64,000 bases of DNA, taken from positions 1-64,000 of the forward strand of contig JBMFRC010000009.1 in assembly GCA_049968235.1 (NCBI GenBank), read 5' to 3'. Made by a program: the position numbers and the translations under genes. The notes beneath the pieces were generated by a model, which worked only from the letters and a program-made list of their open reading frames with translations, had not been told where the DNA came from and searched no databases. The DNA comes from Candidatus Hydrogenedens sp. Lineage in GTDB: Bacteria; Hydrogenedentota; Hydrogenedentia; Hydrogenedentales; Hydrogenedentaceae. Positions 16,810 to 26,772 of the stretch are shown here, one piece after another (within the stretch, counting starts at the first letter, position 1; the number at the start of each line of letters is the position of its first letter).

Positions 16810-17691
16810 TTAAGATAGACTGTCTGGCTCTATTTTGCTTTGAGAAAGGATTGCTTGTTTAGATTTTTTGATTTCTTCCCATAAATCTTTACAATTTTCA
16901 AAAGTACTGCCGAGTATGTTGAAAGATTTTTGTATGATTTCCTCATAGTTAACGGATTCCTGAATTTCAAGCAAGGAATATCGAGCCAAGCGAAGTAATG
17001 CAGATAATTGGGGGTCAATGGCATTATCTATCGGTAGATATTCTATGTCATATTGGCGCCAGATGGTATCACAAAGGACAGGGGGGATGTCCCAGTCTTC
17101 TAAAAAGATATGTGCTATATCTGTTTGTATAAAGCCGAACTGTTGTTGTTCGAGTTCTAACTGTTTTTTATGATTGTTGTGGGATTGATTCATAAGTTCA
17201 AAATATTTTTGAGGTATTTCACTAAGTAAAATGGATGCCCCAATATTAGCAAGAAGTCCTACAAGGAAATCTTCTCCCTCATAAGGTAATTTTAGTGATT
17301 GTGATAATTCTCGGCAGAAGGAAGCCATAAAAAGACTTTCTCGCCATAGTTTTTTGTAAAGTTCCTGATATTGTAAATTTTTAAATTTCATTAGGTCAAG
17401 AACTGCGGACCCGATAAGGATACATCGGAATTCACGAATGCCGAGTATAACAAGAGCCAGTTGGAGGTTTGTAACACGATGTTTAAGTCCATAATAGGGG
17501 GAATTAGCAATACGTAATAAACGCCCGGACAAATTAGGGTCTTGAGATATAATTTTGATGACTTTATCGTAATTTACAGAAGAGTCTGCGGTAATACGGA
17601 GTGCTTCTGACAATACAACAGGTACAGTAGGTAGTCCTTTAAATTTTTGAAGCATTTCTTTTGCTTTTTTCAAGTTAATATGTGTCTCCAT
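16810..17691 (-). CDS. HDOD domain protein (HD-related output domain, signalling)
   Basis: HDOD hallmark (LPTVPVVLSEALRITADSSVNYDKVIKIISQDPNLSGRLLRIANSPYYG). Start at METHINL (ATG 17691) with RBS AAAGGA; this avoids overlap with the USP gene. Confidence 0.75.
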   Translation of the reverse strand: METHINLKKAKEMLQKFKGLPTVPVVLSEALRITADSSVNYDKVIKIISQDPNLSGRLLRIANSPYYGLKHRVTNLQLALVILGIREFRCILIGSAVLDLMKFKNLQYQELYKKLWRESLFMASFCRELSQSLKLPYEGEDFLVGLLANIGASILLSEIPQKYFELMNQSHNNHKKQLELEQQQFGFIQTDIAHIFLEDWDIPPVLCDTIWRQYDIEYLPIDNAIDPQLSALLRLARYSLLEIQESVNYEEIIQKSFNILGSTFENCKDLWEEIKKSKQAILSQSKIEPDSLS

Positions 17692-17702
17692 AAAACATCC
17701 TT

Positions 17703-18542
17703 TTAACCCAGCCTTGTTAAAATTATCGGACATGTAGATGTGTGTATGACAGAAAAAGTATTGCTTCCCAATAGCCATTCGTGAACACGATTTTTTCCGA
17801 AGGCTCCCATAACAATTAATTCAGCGGAAATTTCACGAGCGGTATTTAATATTCCTGTTGAAGGAGAATTTTCATGAATTATGTGTGCTGAAAAGGAAAC
17901 CTCATTGGATTTTAAATATTTTATTGCGTCATTTATAATTTCTTCTTCAGGTTTGTTCGCGACATAAACAACATGACAGGTAACATTCCATTTTTTTGCT
18001 AACTCTGTAGAGATACGAAGGGCTACTTTTGCTGAGGGTGAACCGTCATAAGCAAGAATAAAGGGTCCGCGTCGAAATTCAGACTGATTCGTTATAATAA
18101 CCGGGCGCTTGGAACGACGAATAACTGCCTGTGTTGTCCCTCCTAAGAAACCTTCTGACCAGCGGGAATGTTCACCTGATTTGCCTATAATAATAATGTC
18201 GTATAGTTCGCTTTCTTCTAAAATTGTTCGTGAAATAATTCCCGTCTTTAATACTTTTTCACAAGAAATTTCGTTTTTATGACACTCTGTTTCACACAGG
18301 CTTAAAATTTGTTTCCCGCGTTCTTCTAACAAAGCATGTATCTGATTTTGATAATTGGTCCATGGGGTTACCCCTAAAATACTACTTACATCGCGTAAAA
18401 GAGGACCTTCTAAAAGTTTAATATCAATAACATAGAGAAATGTTAGTCCTCCATGAACATCTTTTGCCCAATGAATGGCATATTTTAGCCCCTTTAATGA
18501 TTGTTCGCTTCCATCTACAGGGACTAATATTCTTCGGAACAT
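17703..18542 (-). CDS. Tandem universal stress protein (2x UspA domains)
   Basis: Two UspA-like halves (ILVPVDGSEQS...; ILAYDGSPSAK...VMGAFG). Confidence 0.8.
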   Translation of the reverse strand: MFRRILVPVDGSEQSLKGLKYAIHWAKDVHGGLTFLYVIDIKLLEGPLLRDVSSILGVTPWTNYQNQIHALLEERGKQILSLCETECHKNEISCEKVLKTGIISRTILEESELYDIIIIGKSGEHSRWSEGFLGGTTQAVIRRSKRPVIITNQSEFRRGPFILAYDGSPSAKVALRISTELAKKWNVTCHVVYVANKPEEEIINDAIKYLKSNEVSFSAHIIHENSPSTGILNTAREISAELIVMGAFGKNRVHEWLLGSNTFSVIHTSTCPIILTRLG

Positions 18543-19174
18543 CAGCGTTTTTTCCTTTTAATAAACTCTCCAAAGTTTTGTAAAATTTGCAATCCAAATT
18601 GTTGGCTCTTTTCCGGATGAAATTGTACACCAAAAACAGAACCATTTCCTACAATACAGGGAAAAGAAACGCCATAATCACAGGTTGCAAGAACAATCGA
18701 TTTGTCAACGGGTTGCGGATAGTAACTGTGAACGAAGTAAGCAAAGCCTCCCTTACCTGATGGAAGTAAAGGATTGGTTTTATCAGGGACAGGTTGAACG
18801 AAATTCCAACCCATGTGAGGCACTTTAAGTCCCGTTTGTTCTGTAGAAGGAAATCGAATTACTCTTCCCTTAAAGATTCCTAATCCTTCAGAGCCACTTC
18901 CTTCTTCTCCATATTCAAAAAGAAGCTGTAGCCCTATACATATTCCCAATAAGGGTTTTCCTGCCTGGACAAACTCTTTAATAGGTTCAATGAATCCTTT
19001 TTGTTTCAATCCTTCGTAACAATCACGAAAAGCCCCTACACCGGGTAATATTCCTGCATCTGCGTTCTTCAGGTCTTTGGGGTTCTCTGTAATTACTGCT
19101 TTACAACCGACTTTTTCCAGTGCTTTCTGTGCACTGCGAAGATTTCCCATCCCGTAATCTATAATTGCAATCAT
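18542..19174 (-). CDS. hisH: Imidazole glycerol phosphate synthase glutamine amidotransferase subunit
   Basis: MIAIIDYGMGNLRS start, catalytic GICIGLQLL and HPEKS motifs. ATGA overlap with hisB. Confidence 0.9.
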   Translation of the reverse strand: MIAIIDYGMGNLRSAQKALEKVGCKAVITENPKDLKNADAGILPGVGAFRDCYEGLKQKGFIEPIKEFVQAGKPLLGICIGLQLLFEYGEEGSGSEGLGIFKGRVIRFPSTEQTGLKVPHMGWNFVQPVPDKTNPLLPSGKGGFAYFVHSYYPQPVDKSIVLATCDYGVSFPCIVGNGSVFGVQFHPEKSQQFGLQILQNFGEFIKRKKR

Positions 19175-19764
19175 GAATCGATTAGTCCTTTTGTCGAAGA
19201 CCCATAACGGGAATAGTTCGTATTTTCTTCTAACGATTGAGCAAGTGCCCGAGCACATGCCTTGAAAATGGCTTCTACACAGTGATGTGTGTTTTTCCCA
19301 TAACGTAATAGGATGTGTAAAGTTATTTTAAAATGATTTGAGAATGCTCTAAAAAATTCTTCGGTAAGTTCTACATCGAATGTTCCTAATTTAACACGGG
19401 GTAAATCTGCGGAAAAATAAAGATAGGGTCTCCCACTAATATCAATAGCAACTTCGGAAAGAGATTCATCCATAGGGATTACTGCATGTCCATAACGATT
19501 TCTTTTTTCTATATCAGGAAAGAGTTGGGCACAGGCTTTACCCAGACAGATTCCGACATCTTCTACTGTATGATGAGCATCCACTTCTAAATCTCCTTTC
19601 GCTTCCAATTCGATATCCATTCCGGAGTGTTTGGAGAAAAGTGTTAACATGTGGTCCAAAAAACCAACACCTGTATTGATTCTTGTTTGCCCGGTCCCCG
19701 GAAAACGGAGCAGTAATTTAATATTGGTTTCTTTAGATTTACGACTAATTTTGGCTTCGGACAT
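19171..19764 (-). CDS. hisB: Imidazoleglycerol-phosphate dehydratase
   Basis: IGPD motifs (DHMLTLFSKHSGMDIELEAKGD...DAHHTVEDVGI). Confidence 0.9.
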   Translation of the reverse strand: MSEAKISRKSKETNIKLLLRFPGTGQTRINTGVGFLDHMLTLFSKHSGMDIELEAKGDLEVDAHHTVEDVGICLGKACAQLFPDIEKRNRYGHAVIPMDESLSEVAIDISGRPYLYFSADLPRVKLGTFDVELTEEFFRAFSNHFKITLHILLRYGKNTHHCVEAIFKACARALAQSLEENTNYSRYGSSTKGLIDS

Positions 19765-19802
19765 AATTGAAAAACCTTACCGCTTTAGTTAAAAATTAAA
19801 GA

Positions 19803-20546
19803 CTATCTTCCGTGTTGTAGTCGTTCCGCAAGGAAAGGATGTAAACTTGCTTCAAGCACTTTTCTTGCGGTAACTTCTATATTATACTCGACCCGAACCT
19901 GTGTGTAAATATTGGTCTCTGTATCTAAAATTCCAAAAGCGGCGCGCGAATCACCATCGCGAGGTTGTCCTACAGAACCCGGATTAATGAAATAGGTTTT
20001 CCCTCGCTTCATCTTAAAGGTTCCATCTTCATCGGGACTATAGGTTCCGTCGGAGGAAAGGATTACAGGTATGTGTGTATGACCATGAAAACACAAATCA
20101 GTATTTTGTTCTTCAAAAAAGTATAAGAAAGGGTGCACATCCTCCCATGTAAAAATGTATGTATTATGATTTTTAGGAGCTCCATGAACGCCTGCAAAAT
20201 CAACAAAATTCAGTGTATCGGGTAGACGTTGTAGCCATTCTTTATTATCTTCAGTTAGTTCTTTTCGTGTCCAGAGAATCGCAGGAAGAGCCACCGCATT
20301 AAACCCCCATGGTTCTTCTAATTCACAGGCAACGGCATCATGATTCCCTAATATTGTAGGTATATTGCGATCCCTTAAAATATCAATGCATTCGTTGGGT
20401 TCTGCATTATAACCTACAACATCACCTAAACAAATTATCTGTTCAATTTTTTCTCTGTCTATTGTATCTAATACAACTTTTAGTGCTTCTGCATTAGCAT
20501 GTATATCAGAAATAACTGCGTAAATCAAAAGAACAACTCCATTCAC
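19803..20546 (-). CDS. Calcineurin-like metallophosphoesterase (YfcE-like)
   Basis: SDIHAN, GDVVGY, GNHD, GHTH motifs. Confidence 0.75.
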   Translation of the reverse strand: MNGVVLLIYAVISDIHANAEALKVVLDTIDREKIEQIICLGDVVGYNAEPNECIDILRDRNIPTILGNHDAVACELEEPWGFNAVALPAILWTRKELTEDNKEWLQRLPDTLNFVDFAGVHGAPKNHNTYIFTWEDVHPFLYFFEEQNTDLCFHGHTHIPVILSSDGTYSPDEDGTFKMKRGKTYFINPGSVGQPRDGDSRAAFGILDTETNIYTQVRVEYNIEVTARKVLEASLHPFLAERLQHGR

Positions 20547-20741
20547 AAAAATATAATAGTTTACAGTAATATATTTTAATTATTTTGAGACCACAAGTTC
20601 TAATTGTAATATTTTGTAATAAACCTTATGTCAGTTTCAAACTTTGAGTGAAAAGGAACTTTTGATGAGTTAAGGTGTTTAGAAATAATGAAGTCTCAAA
20701 TAGAGACAATGAATATTAAAACCAATAGAAGGAGTAGCAAG

Positions 20742-21659
20742 ATGAAAGAGAAACTTGTATTAACACTGGTTGCCGGATTGTGTGTCGTTTTGATGGCACA
20801 ATGGGCTATGGCTCAACCGCCTGAACAACAAGGGCCTCCACCTCCGGGTGCTATGGATAAAAACAGACCCGGACCGCCTCCAGGGCCTCTACCAAATCGT
20901 CCCGCTATGGAAGATGTTTTTAAGCGAGCAGATAAAAATGCGGATGGTAATCTTTCATTAGAAGAATTTTTAGAAATGCATAAGAACCGTCCTCCACGAC
21001 CTCAGGGTCCGCCTCCGAAGGGTATGTCCCCCGATAGACCTCCGAAGATGGAAAAGGGAGATAGACCTTTCCGAGAAGGTGGTTTGCGTAAAGAAAGCGG
21101 CCCTCCCGAAGAAAAGCCCAATCGTCCTGAAAGACAGAGGATTTCTCCTGAAAAGATGAAAAAGCGGGCAGAAGAGGTTTTCAAAGAAGCAGATAAAGAT
21201 GGTGATGGTAAATTAACGCTGGATGAGTTTAAGTCAATCAGACCGCCCCGTGGACCCAAACCTCCTTTACCACCGGACAAACCTGTTCCACCTGAGGGGA
21301 GACAGAGACCCATGGGACAAAGGATAATAGAATTACTGAAAGAAGCGGATACGAATGGTGATGGAAAAGTATCCTTAGAAGAGTTAAAGGCAGTTCGTCC
21401 GCATATGACTGAAGAGCGATTCCAATTGATGGATACCAACAATGATGGTTTTATTACAAAGGAAGATGTCCATGATTGGGCGGAGCGTGCTCAGGAAAGG
21501 TTTAAAGAAGCGGATACGGACAATGATGGCAAACTTTCCCGTGAAGAAGTGAAAAAAATGTTCCCGAATATGAATGATGAGGTATTCAATCGAAAAGATG
21601 ATAATAAGGATGGTTTTCTAACCCTGGATGAACTGAAACCGAAATTTAGGGGAAACTAA
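20742..21659 (+). CDS. Secreted proline-rich calcium-binding protein with six EF-hand loops
   Basis: Signal peptide (MKEKLVLTLVAGLCVVLMAQWAMA). PPGP-rich region. Six DxDxDG-type loops (DKNADGNLSLEEF, DKDGDGKLTLDEF, DTNGDGKVSLEEL, DTNNDGFITKEDV, DTDNDGKLSREEV, DDNKDGFLTLDEL). RBS GAAGGAG before ATG 20742. Confidence 0.8.
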   Translation: MKEKLVLTLVAGLCVVLMAQWAMAQPPEQQGPPPPGAMDKNRPGPPPGPLPNRPAMEDVFKRADKNADGNLSLEEFLEMHKNRPPRPQGPPPKGMSPDRPPKMEKGDRPFREGGLRKESGPPEEKPNRPERQRISPEKMKKRAEEVFKEADKDGDGKLTLDEFKSIRPPRGPKPPLPPDKPVPPEGRQRPMGQRIIELLKEADTNGDGKVSLEELKAVRPHMTEERFQLMDTNNDGFITKEDVHDWAERAQERFKEADTDNDGKLSREEVKKMFPNMNDEVFNRKDDNKDGFLTLDELKPKFRGN

Positions 21660-21694
21660 ACCCTCTTTTTTACCCTTTCTTTTATCAATAACTC

Positions 21695-21730
21695 CCCATC
21701 GGGGATAGAAATATCCCCGATGGTTTATTT
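21695..21730 (+). terminator. Rho-independent terminator after the EF-hand gene (11-bp perfect stem CATCGGGGATA/TATCCCCGATG, then T-rich tail)
   Basis: ccCCATCGGGGATAgaaaTATCCCCGATGgtttatttt. Confidence 0.7.
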
Positions 21731-21895
21731 TAATGTGTTATAAAAATGACCTGACATTTGACAGGCTCAGGAAATAGTAAAGGCAAGTTATGAATGGATT
21801 CTAAGACACCGAGAAAAAATTTTTTATAACAATATAGTATATACCTTTCAGAACAAAAATTTTGCTTAATCCTCTGAGTAATAATGATAGAGATA

Positions 21896-22969
21896 CTATA
21901 AATAATCTTTGAATAAATCAGGTGCTTGGTTCGTAGAGTTAGATATCTTTTTTGCTGAAGGATGTGTTGATAGTTGTTCAATATATATGCAAATAAGACC
22001 TACAACAATAACACTAATAAAATTAGCTCCATGTGCTAATATAGCAATAGCCCGTGCAATATTAATATCTACGGTTGGGACAGTTAAGACTAATCCTCCG
22101 ATAACTCCTGCATGGAACTGTCCGATAAATCCCGGTGCGCCAGGGACACTTATAAGAATAGATAATAATGTAATACTTACTGGAGGAGTATACCATGGGT
22201 ATTGTATATCAAATGCTTTGAAAAGAAAAATATAAGATAACCAAAAAGTTCCCCATGTAAGACAGGAGAAAAAACCTGCTCCTAAAATGGCTTTTGGATT
22301 TTTTATCATACTGATAGCATCGCGTATATTTTCTGAAATTCGTATTATGAAATGAACAATTTTTTCTCCTAAAATTTTGTTACCTTTGTTAATTAGTGTT
22401 ATAAACCTGCGAGAATATATATAAAAAAGAACGCAGGAAATGATAATTAGGAAGATAATTGTCATTGTTAGAAATGCAGTTTTTTGTATTAAATTGGCAG
22501 GTATCGTTATATTAAGAACATCTGGAGGAAGGATAATATCTTGTTTGGGATGGAATCCAATGAGGGCAAAAATCAGAACCATAAGTAATCCCAATAAGTC
22601 AGAAGTCCTATCCAGTGCAACATAGGTAAGGCTTTTCGACAAGGGTATTAGTGTAAATTTTGTTAGCATACCGGCACGGATTGCCTCACCAATTCGACCG
22701 GGTAGCAGAAAGTTTGCCATAAATCCTATTTGTGTGGAAGTGAATAAATGCCGGAATGAGACATTTTCACTACTGTTTACAATAAAATTCCATCGAATTA
22801 CACGAGTAAAAAAACTTATCAGAATTGAAAAAATACATAAGGCAAACCAGCGTAAATGACAGGACTTTATTGCCTTCCATAGTTCTCCGATATCGGTAGT
22901 GCGAAAAATAATCCAAAATAAAAAAAGACCAATAATTGTTGCTATTAAGAAGCGAAAGATTTTCTTCAT
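21896..22969 (-). CDS. Polytopic membrane protein, lysylphosphatidylglycerol-synthase TM region / flippase-like (UPF0104) family
   Basis: ~8 predicted TM helices. N-terminal MKKIFRFLIATIIGLFLFWIIF... pattern typical of this family. Confidence 0.6.
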   Translation of the reverse strand: MKKIFRFLIATIIGLFLFWIIFRTTDIGELWKAIKSCHLRWFALCIFSILISFFTRVIRWNFIVNSSENVSFRHLFTSTQIGFMANFLLPGRIGEAIRAGMLTKFTLIPLSKSLTYVALDRTSDLLGLLMVLIFALIGFHPKQDIILPPDVLNITIPANLIQKTAFLTMTIIFLIIISCVLFYIYSRRFITLINKGNKILGEKIVHFIIRISENIRDAISMIKNPKAILGAGFFSCLTWGTFWLSYIFLFKAFDIQYPWYTPPVSITLLSILISVPGAPGFIGQFHAGVIGGLVLTVPTVDINIARAIAILAHGANFISVIVVGLICIYIEQLSTHPSAKKISNSTNQAPDLFKDYL

Positions 22970-23017
22970 TAGTTTCCTGTAATAAATTTTTCAATAAAGA
23001 ATAACTAAAACTTACAA

Positions 23018-23494
23018 TTAATGCAAATTATACCCTTTAATCCATGTCAACCCCTGAGTGTGAATATGTCGGGAAGGTTCCATTCTTCTTGTAGATGTAT
23101 AAGCATCATAAGCCCATTGAATTTTTTTAGGGGGGATTGATTTTTTTTCAGAAGATAGTTCTTTTGCAGCGGATTGAAATCCTTTGTACATATCTAAGGT
23201 GCAACTCAAACATAAATCACGGTTGGGGAGTGTGGGATATTTCCCACACATGGAGCAAATACGCCTTTTGACTTTTTTTTCTTCAGTACTATTTTCTTTT
23301 TCATCGTTTGTGATGGCTTCATTTTCATCTGGGGGCGTAAGAATTATTTTGTACTGTGTGAGTTCTTCCCTTTGAAGAGGAACGGTTTTTTGTTGTTTCT
23401 CCATACAGCGGGAACAAAGCGTTACCCCTGTGGTTTTAGACATCAATCTACCGCATTCGGAACATCGTATTAAATGGGTATTATCAAGCGACAT
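23018..23494 (-). CDS. Hypothetical double zinc-ribbon protein
   Basis: Two CxxC...CxxC clusters (CSECGR...CSRC; CSMCGK...CLSC). 11-nt overlap with coaE. Confidence 0.5.
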   Translation of the reverse strand: MSLDNTHLIRCSECGRLMSKTTGVTLCSRCMEKQQKTVPLQREELTQYKIILTPPDENEAITNDEKENSTEEKKVKRRICSMCGKYPTLPNRDLCLSCTLDMYKGFQSAAKELSSEKKSIPPKKIQWAYDAYTSTRRMEPSRHIHTQGLTWIKGYNLH

Positions 23495-24083
23495 TTGAAA
23501 TTTCCTTAATTATTTTTTCTGTTTCTTCTTCTAATTTTAGAAGGTTACCATCATTATGAATTACCCATTGGGCGATAAATTGTTTCTCTTCGGGTATTCT
23601 TTGTGATTGAATTCGTAATCTGGCGTCTTCGTATGAAAGTTTTCGCAGATTCATAAGTCGTTGTATTCTTATTTCTTCCGGGCAAATAACCAGTATAATT
23701 CCATTGAACCACTCCAGCAAACGATTATTATCTTCTCCTATAAGTGCTGATTCAATAACAACTATATTCTGCCCTTGTTGTTGGGCTTGTTGTATCCTAT
23801 TCATTATATCGGCAATAACCAGTGGGTGTATAAGTTCATTGATTCGTTTTCTTTCTTCGGGTTTGGAAAAGACAATTCGTCCTAATTTATCTCGGTCTAT
23901 CTTACCGTCCTTTAATATGGATTCTCCGTAGATACTGATGATTTTTTCTTTAATTTCCGAATTTGCGAGGAAATAATGTCCGATTTCATCTGAATTTATA
24001 ACATAAATTCCATGTCTCTTAAATATTTTTGCGACTTCTGTTTTACCACTGGCTATTCCGCCCGTAAGTCCTATTATTTGCAT
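23484..24083 (-). CDS. coaE: Dephospho-CoA kinase
   Basis: MQIIGLTGGIASGKTEVAKIF P-loop. ATG 24083 with AGGTG RBS (alternative GTG at 24092). Confidence 0.85.
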   Translation of the reverse strand: MQIIGLTGGIASGKTEVAKIFKRHGIYVINSDEIGHYFLANSEIKEKIISIYGESILKDGKIDRDKLGRIVFSKPEERKRINELIHPLVIADIMNRIQQAQQQGQNIVVIESALIGEDNNRLLEWFNGIILVICPEEIRIQRLMNLRKLSYEDARLRIQSQRIPEEKQFIAQWVIHNDGNLLKLEEETEKIIKEISNVA

Positions 24084-24232
24084 AATACACACCTATTTAA
24101 AGAATAACACATTTCCAAGGGGAAAAAATATTCATCTCTCATGATTTTATCAAATAAAGATAATTTGTATCATAAAGGTAAAATATTTTAAGGGAAATTT
24201 AATACAGGTATAATAATAAAAAGAAATTATTT

Positions 24233-25021
24233 TTGATTGAGGGCAAATATATGATTTGTTTATCTGGCTTATTTTCTTATGAAGCAGTTCCTCTAATTCG
24301 TGCGGTTAAAAGAATTTCTTCTATTCAATTTGAATGGTTAACTTTACCTGCTTTGTGTGATAGTTTTATTCAGAAAAAAGTAGATGCAATTTTGTGTCCT
24401 CCATTAATGGCTGTTATTTTCCCTGAAGGTATGATTGTTCCCGGAGTAGGAATTGCTACATCAGGGAGGATCCCTGCACCTGTTTTGTATTCCAAAAAAC
24501 CGATTTATGAAATAAAAACTATTTTTATTAATGACCAATATAAGCACTGGGAAAATTGGTTCAAAGTTGTATGGAGCCTTTTAAATCGGAATTCTATTGA
24601 AAAATTGCTAAGTTTTAATAGGAAAGAGAGTGGAGATGAAGATGCATATCTTGTTGATTTTATTAAGGAAAAGAAAGAACAAGAGGGTATGTATTGTTAT
24701 AATATAGGCGAATTATGGAAACAGGTAAGCATTTATCCTATGGTATGCTGGGTATGGTTGTGTCGTGGTGATTCTGACTATAGACAGATTCGGAATGTTC
24801 TCGGTCATATATGGGATGGCGCCAAAGAAAACTTGACAGAACTGAAACGAGGGATATTAAAAAGTGATGAGATACCTGAAGAGTTCATAACACAAATAGA
24901 TGGTATTAGAGAAATATACTACAATCTTGCCTCATTAGAATTTGAGGGGATACATTGGTTTGTTGAACAGGCACGAAATTGTGGTGTTATTCCGCAAGAT
25001 GCAGAGATACATATTTGTTGA
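24233..25021 (+). CDS. MqnA/MqnD-family protein (futalosine-pathway menaquinone biosynthesis-like periplasmic-binding fold); tentative
   Basis: Size (~260 aa) and motif pattern (LSYxxxPL-like N-terminus, C-terminal YPMVCWVWLCR resembling PFVFAVW of MqnA). Cannot confirm without a search. Confidence 0.4.
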   Translation: MIEGKYMICLSGLFSYEAVPLIRAVKRISSIQFEWLTLPALCDSFIQKKVDAILCPPLMAVIFPEGMIVPGVGIATSGRIPAPVLYSKKPIYEIKTIFINDQYKHWENWFKVVWSLLNRNSIEKLLSFNRKESGDEDAYLVDFIKEKKEQEGMYCYNIGELWKQVSIYPMVCWVWLCRGDSDYRQIRNVLGHIWDGAKENLTELKRGILKSDEIPEEFITQIDGIREIYYNLASLEFEGIHWFVEQARNCGVIPQDAEIHIC

Positions 25022-25528
25022 TTAAATATCTTTTTTATCCAATTCATCTTCTAAATACCGTACCATTAGCACCGCATTTTCCCGTGTCCTTGCGTAATAA
25101 CCCACTCTTATGCCAATTGTATGAAATCCCATTTTTTCATAAAGGAGGCGTGCTGGATGATTCATCTCTCGCACTTCTAATATAATTCGTTGTGCTCCTT
25201 CTTTTTTAACCTGTTCAAAAAGGTAATTCATAAAGAATGTTCCCAGTCCCTTTCTCCGATGTGGAGGAGCAACAGTAAATTTTGTTATATGTGCTTCTTC
25301 TTCTCCTAACCAATAACCTGCATAGCCTATGAGAGAATCTTCAATAAAAAAAACGAAGAATTTTCCTGCTCTATTATTAATTTCAGGCAGAAATAATTCT
25401 CTCGACCATGCGTCTGGGTAAGACTCTACTTCCATAGCATGAACGCTGTCGATATGCTTTTCTTCCAGTAAAAAAACTTTAATTTTAATATTTTGTGGAC
25501 TAATTATTATGTCGTAAGGTTCGGACAT
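25022..25528 (-). CDS. rimI: Ribosomal-protein-alanine N-acetyltransferase (GNAT)
   Basis: GNAT motifs (HRRKGLGTFFMNYL). Overlaps tsaB, the typical tsaB-rimI arrangement. Confidence 0.8.
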   Translation of the reverse strand: MSEPYDIIISPQNIKIKVFLLEEKHIDSVHAMEVESYPDAWSRELFLPEINNRAGKFFVFFIEDSLIGYAGYWLGEEEAHITKFTVAPPHRRKGLGTFFMNYLFEQVKKEGAQRIILEVREMNHPARLLYEKMGFHTIGIRVGYYARTRENAVLMVRYLEDELDKKDI

Positions 25529-26220
25529 TTTTTTCTTTTTTCTTCGGGTTGAGATAAACGCAAATAAATAGGAAGAATCTCATCAATTTCCTTTTTATAG
25601 CCTTTTTGCCACAAAGATAGTGCTTCTATTCCCACTGCAGAAGCCCGTGGATGACTCCACCATGGTTCTCCAAATTTAGCATGGGGAAAGTATTCTGCAA
25701 GGATTTGCTTATATAATAAAGCACCTTCCCCCAGAAACATAATTGCGTAAGTATTGGTATATCCTTTTAATAATTTAATAAAGTCCTCAACACTTCCTAA
25801 AAAATTCTCATAAATTGTTTTACGCTGATTTTCTTCAAAAAAGTAAATTCCTGCAAATATTTCTTTCATTCGGGCATCCAGGATAGGACATACAACGAAG
25901 TTGTTAAAGGGTGCCAATTGGGTCATAGCGTCTAAGGAAGGTACACCAACGAGAGGTAGTCCTTTAGCAAGAGCAATTCCTTTCCATGTAGATAATCCTA
26001 CTCGTAAACCTGTAAATGAACCGGGTCCTATAGAAATTGCTAATAAATGGATGTCATCGATAGAAATCTGAACTTCAGTAAGTAAAGTATCTATTAGTGA
26101 GACGAGTCTTTCAGAATGTCTTTTTCCTGCATTAATAGATATTTCTCCTAATAATTCATTATCGGATAGTATAGCAACGGTATTAACATCGGTGCTTGTA
26201 TCTGCAGACAAAACTCTCAT
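25507..26220 (-). CDS. tsaB: tRNA threonylcarbamoyladenosine biosynthesis protein TsaB (YeaZ)
   Basis: ISIGPGSFTGLRVGLSTWKGIALAKGLPLVGVPSLDAM. Confidence 0.85.
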   Translation of the reverse strand: MRVLSADTSTDVNTVAILSDNELLGEISINAGKRHSERLVSLIDTLLTEVQISIDDIHLLAISIGPGSFTGLRVGLSTWKGIALAKGLPLVGVPSLDAMTQLAPFNNFVVCPILDARMKEIFAGIYFFEENQRKTIYENFLGSVEDFIKLLKGYTNTYAIMFLGEGALLYKQILAEYFPHAKFGEPWWSHPRASAVGIEALSLWQKGYKKEIDEILPIYLRLSQPEEKRKKCPNLTT

Positions 26221-26279
26221 TTTAGTAAGTAATATTGATTGGTTTAATAGATATTTATTAGATATCCTGCAACAAAAGA

Positions 26280-26654
26280 CTATTGCGGTTCTGAGTCAGA
26301 AGATGTTGCATTTATATTTTTAGATAAATCAACCAGGAGTTTTTTAAGTTCTTTACCTGCTTTAAATGTAACTACATATCTATGAGGTACATCTACGACA
26401 ACACCAGTTTTAGGATTTCTTCCTTTACGCGGGGCTCTCTTTTTCACTTCAAATACACCGAAATTGCGTATTTCCCAGCGTTTCCCTTCGCCTAATTTCC
26501 TAGTGATAATTTCCAGTGCTTTCTCAATTGTTTTAGCAACATCGCTTTGTGTGAACCCTAAATCCTCGGATATTTGATTTACGAGGTCTCTCTTCGTTAG
26601 CGTGTTTGCTTGAACTTCTTTTTCCGGTTCCATAGTATGAACTCCTTTATTCAA
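26280..26654 (-). CDS. HU/IHF-family DNA-binding protein
   Basis: RDLVNQISEDLGFTQSDVAKTIEKALEIITRKL...GRNPKTGVVVDVPHRYVVTFKAGKELK. Confidence 0.85.
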   Translation of the reverse strand: MNKGVHTMEPEKEVQANTLTKRDLVNQISEDLGFTQSDVAKTIEKALEIITRKLGEGKRWEIRNFGVFEVKKRAPRKGRNPKTGVVVDVPHRYVVTFKAGKELKKLLVDLSKNINATSSDSEPQ

Positions 26655-26772
26655 GGTTGTTTTTTTCTAAATCCTTTTGTAAAATGTATTTAATCATTAA
26701 TCATAGCCTTTATGCAAGTTTTACTTCGACTAAAAAATATTTTTAATGAAATTTTTTAATGGAGATTTTATT

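Noticed and set aside
21002-21442. 146-aa antisense ORF inside the EF-hand gene
   Set aside because: Antisense shadow of a Pro/Gly-rich low-complexity coding region. The sense frame has clear EF-hand motifs.
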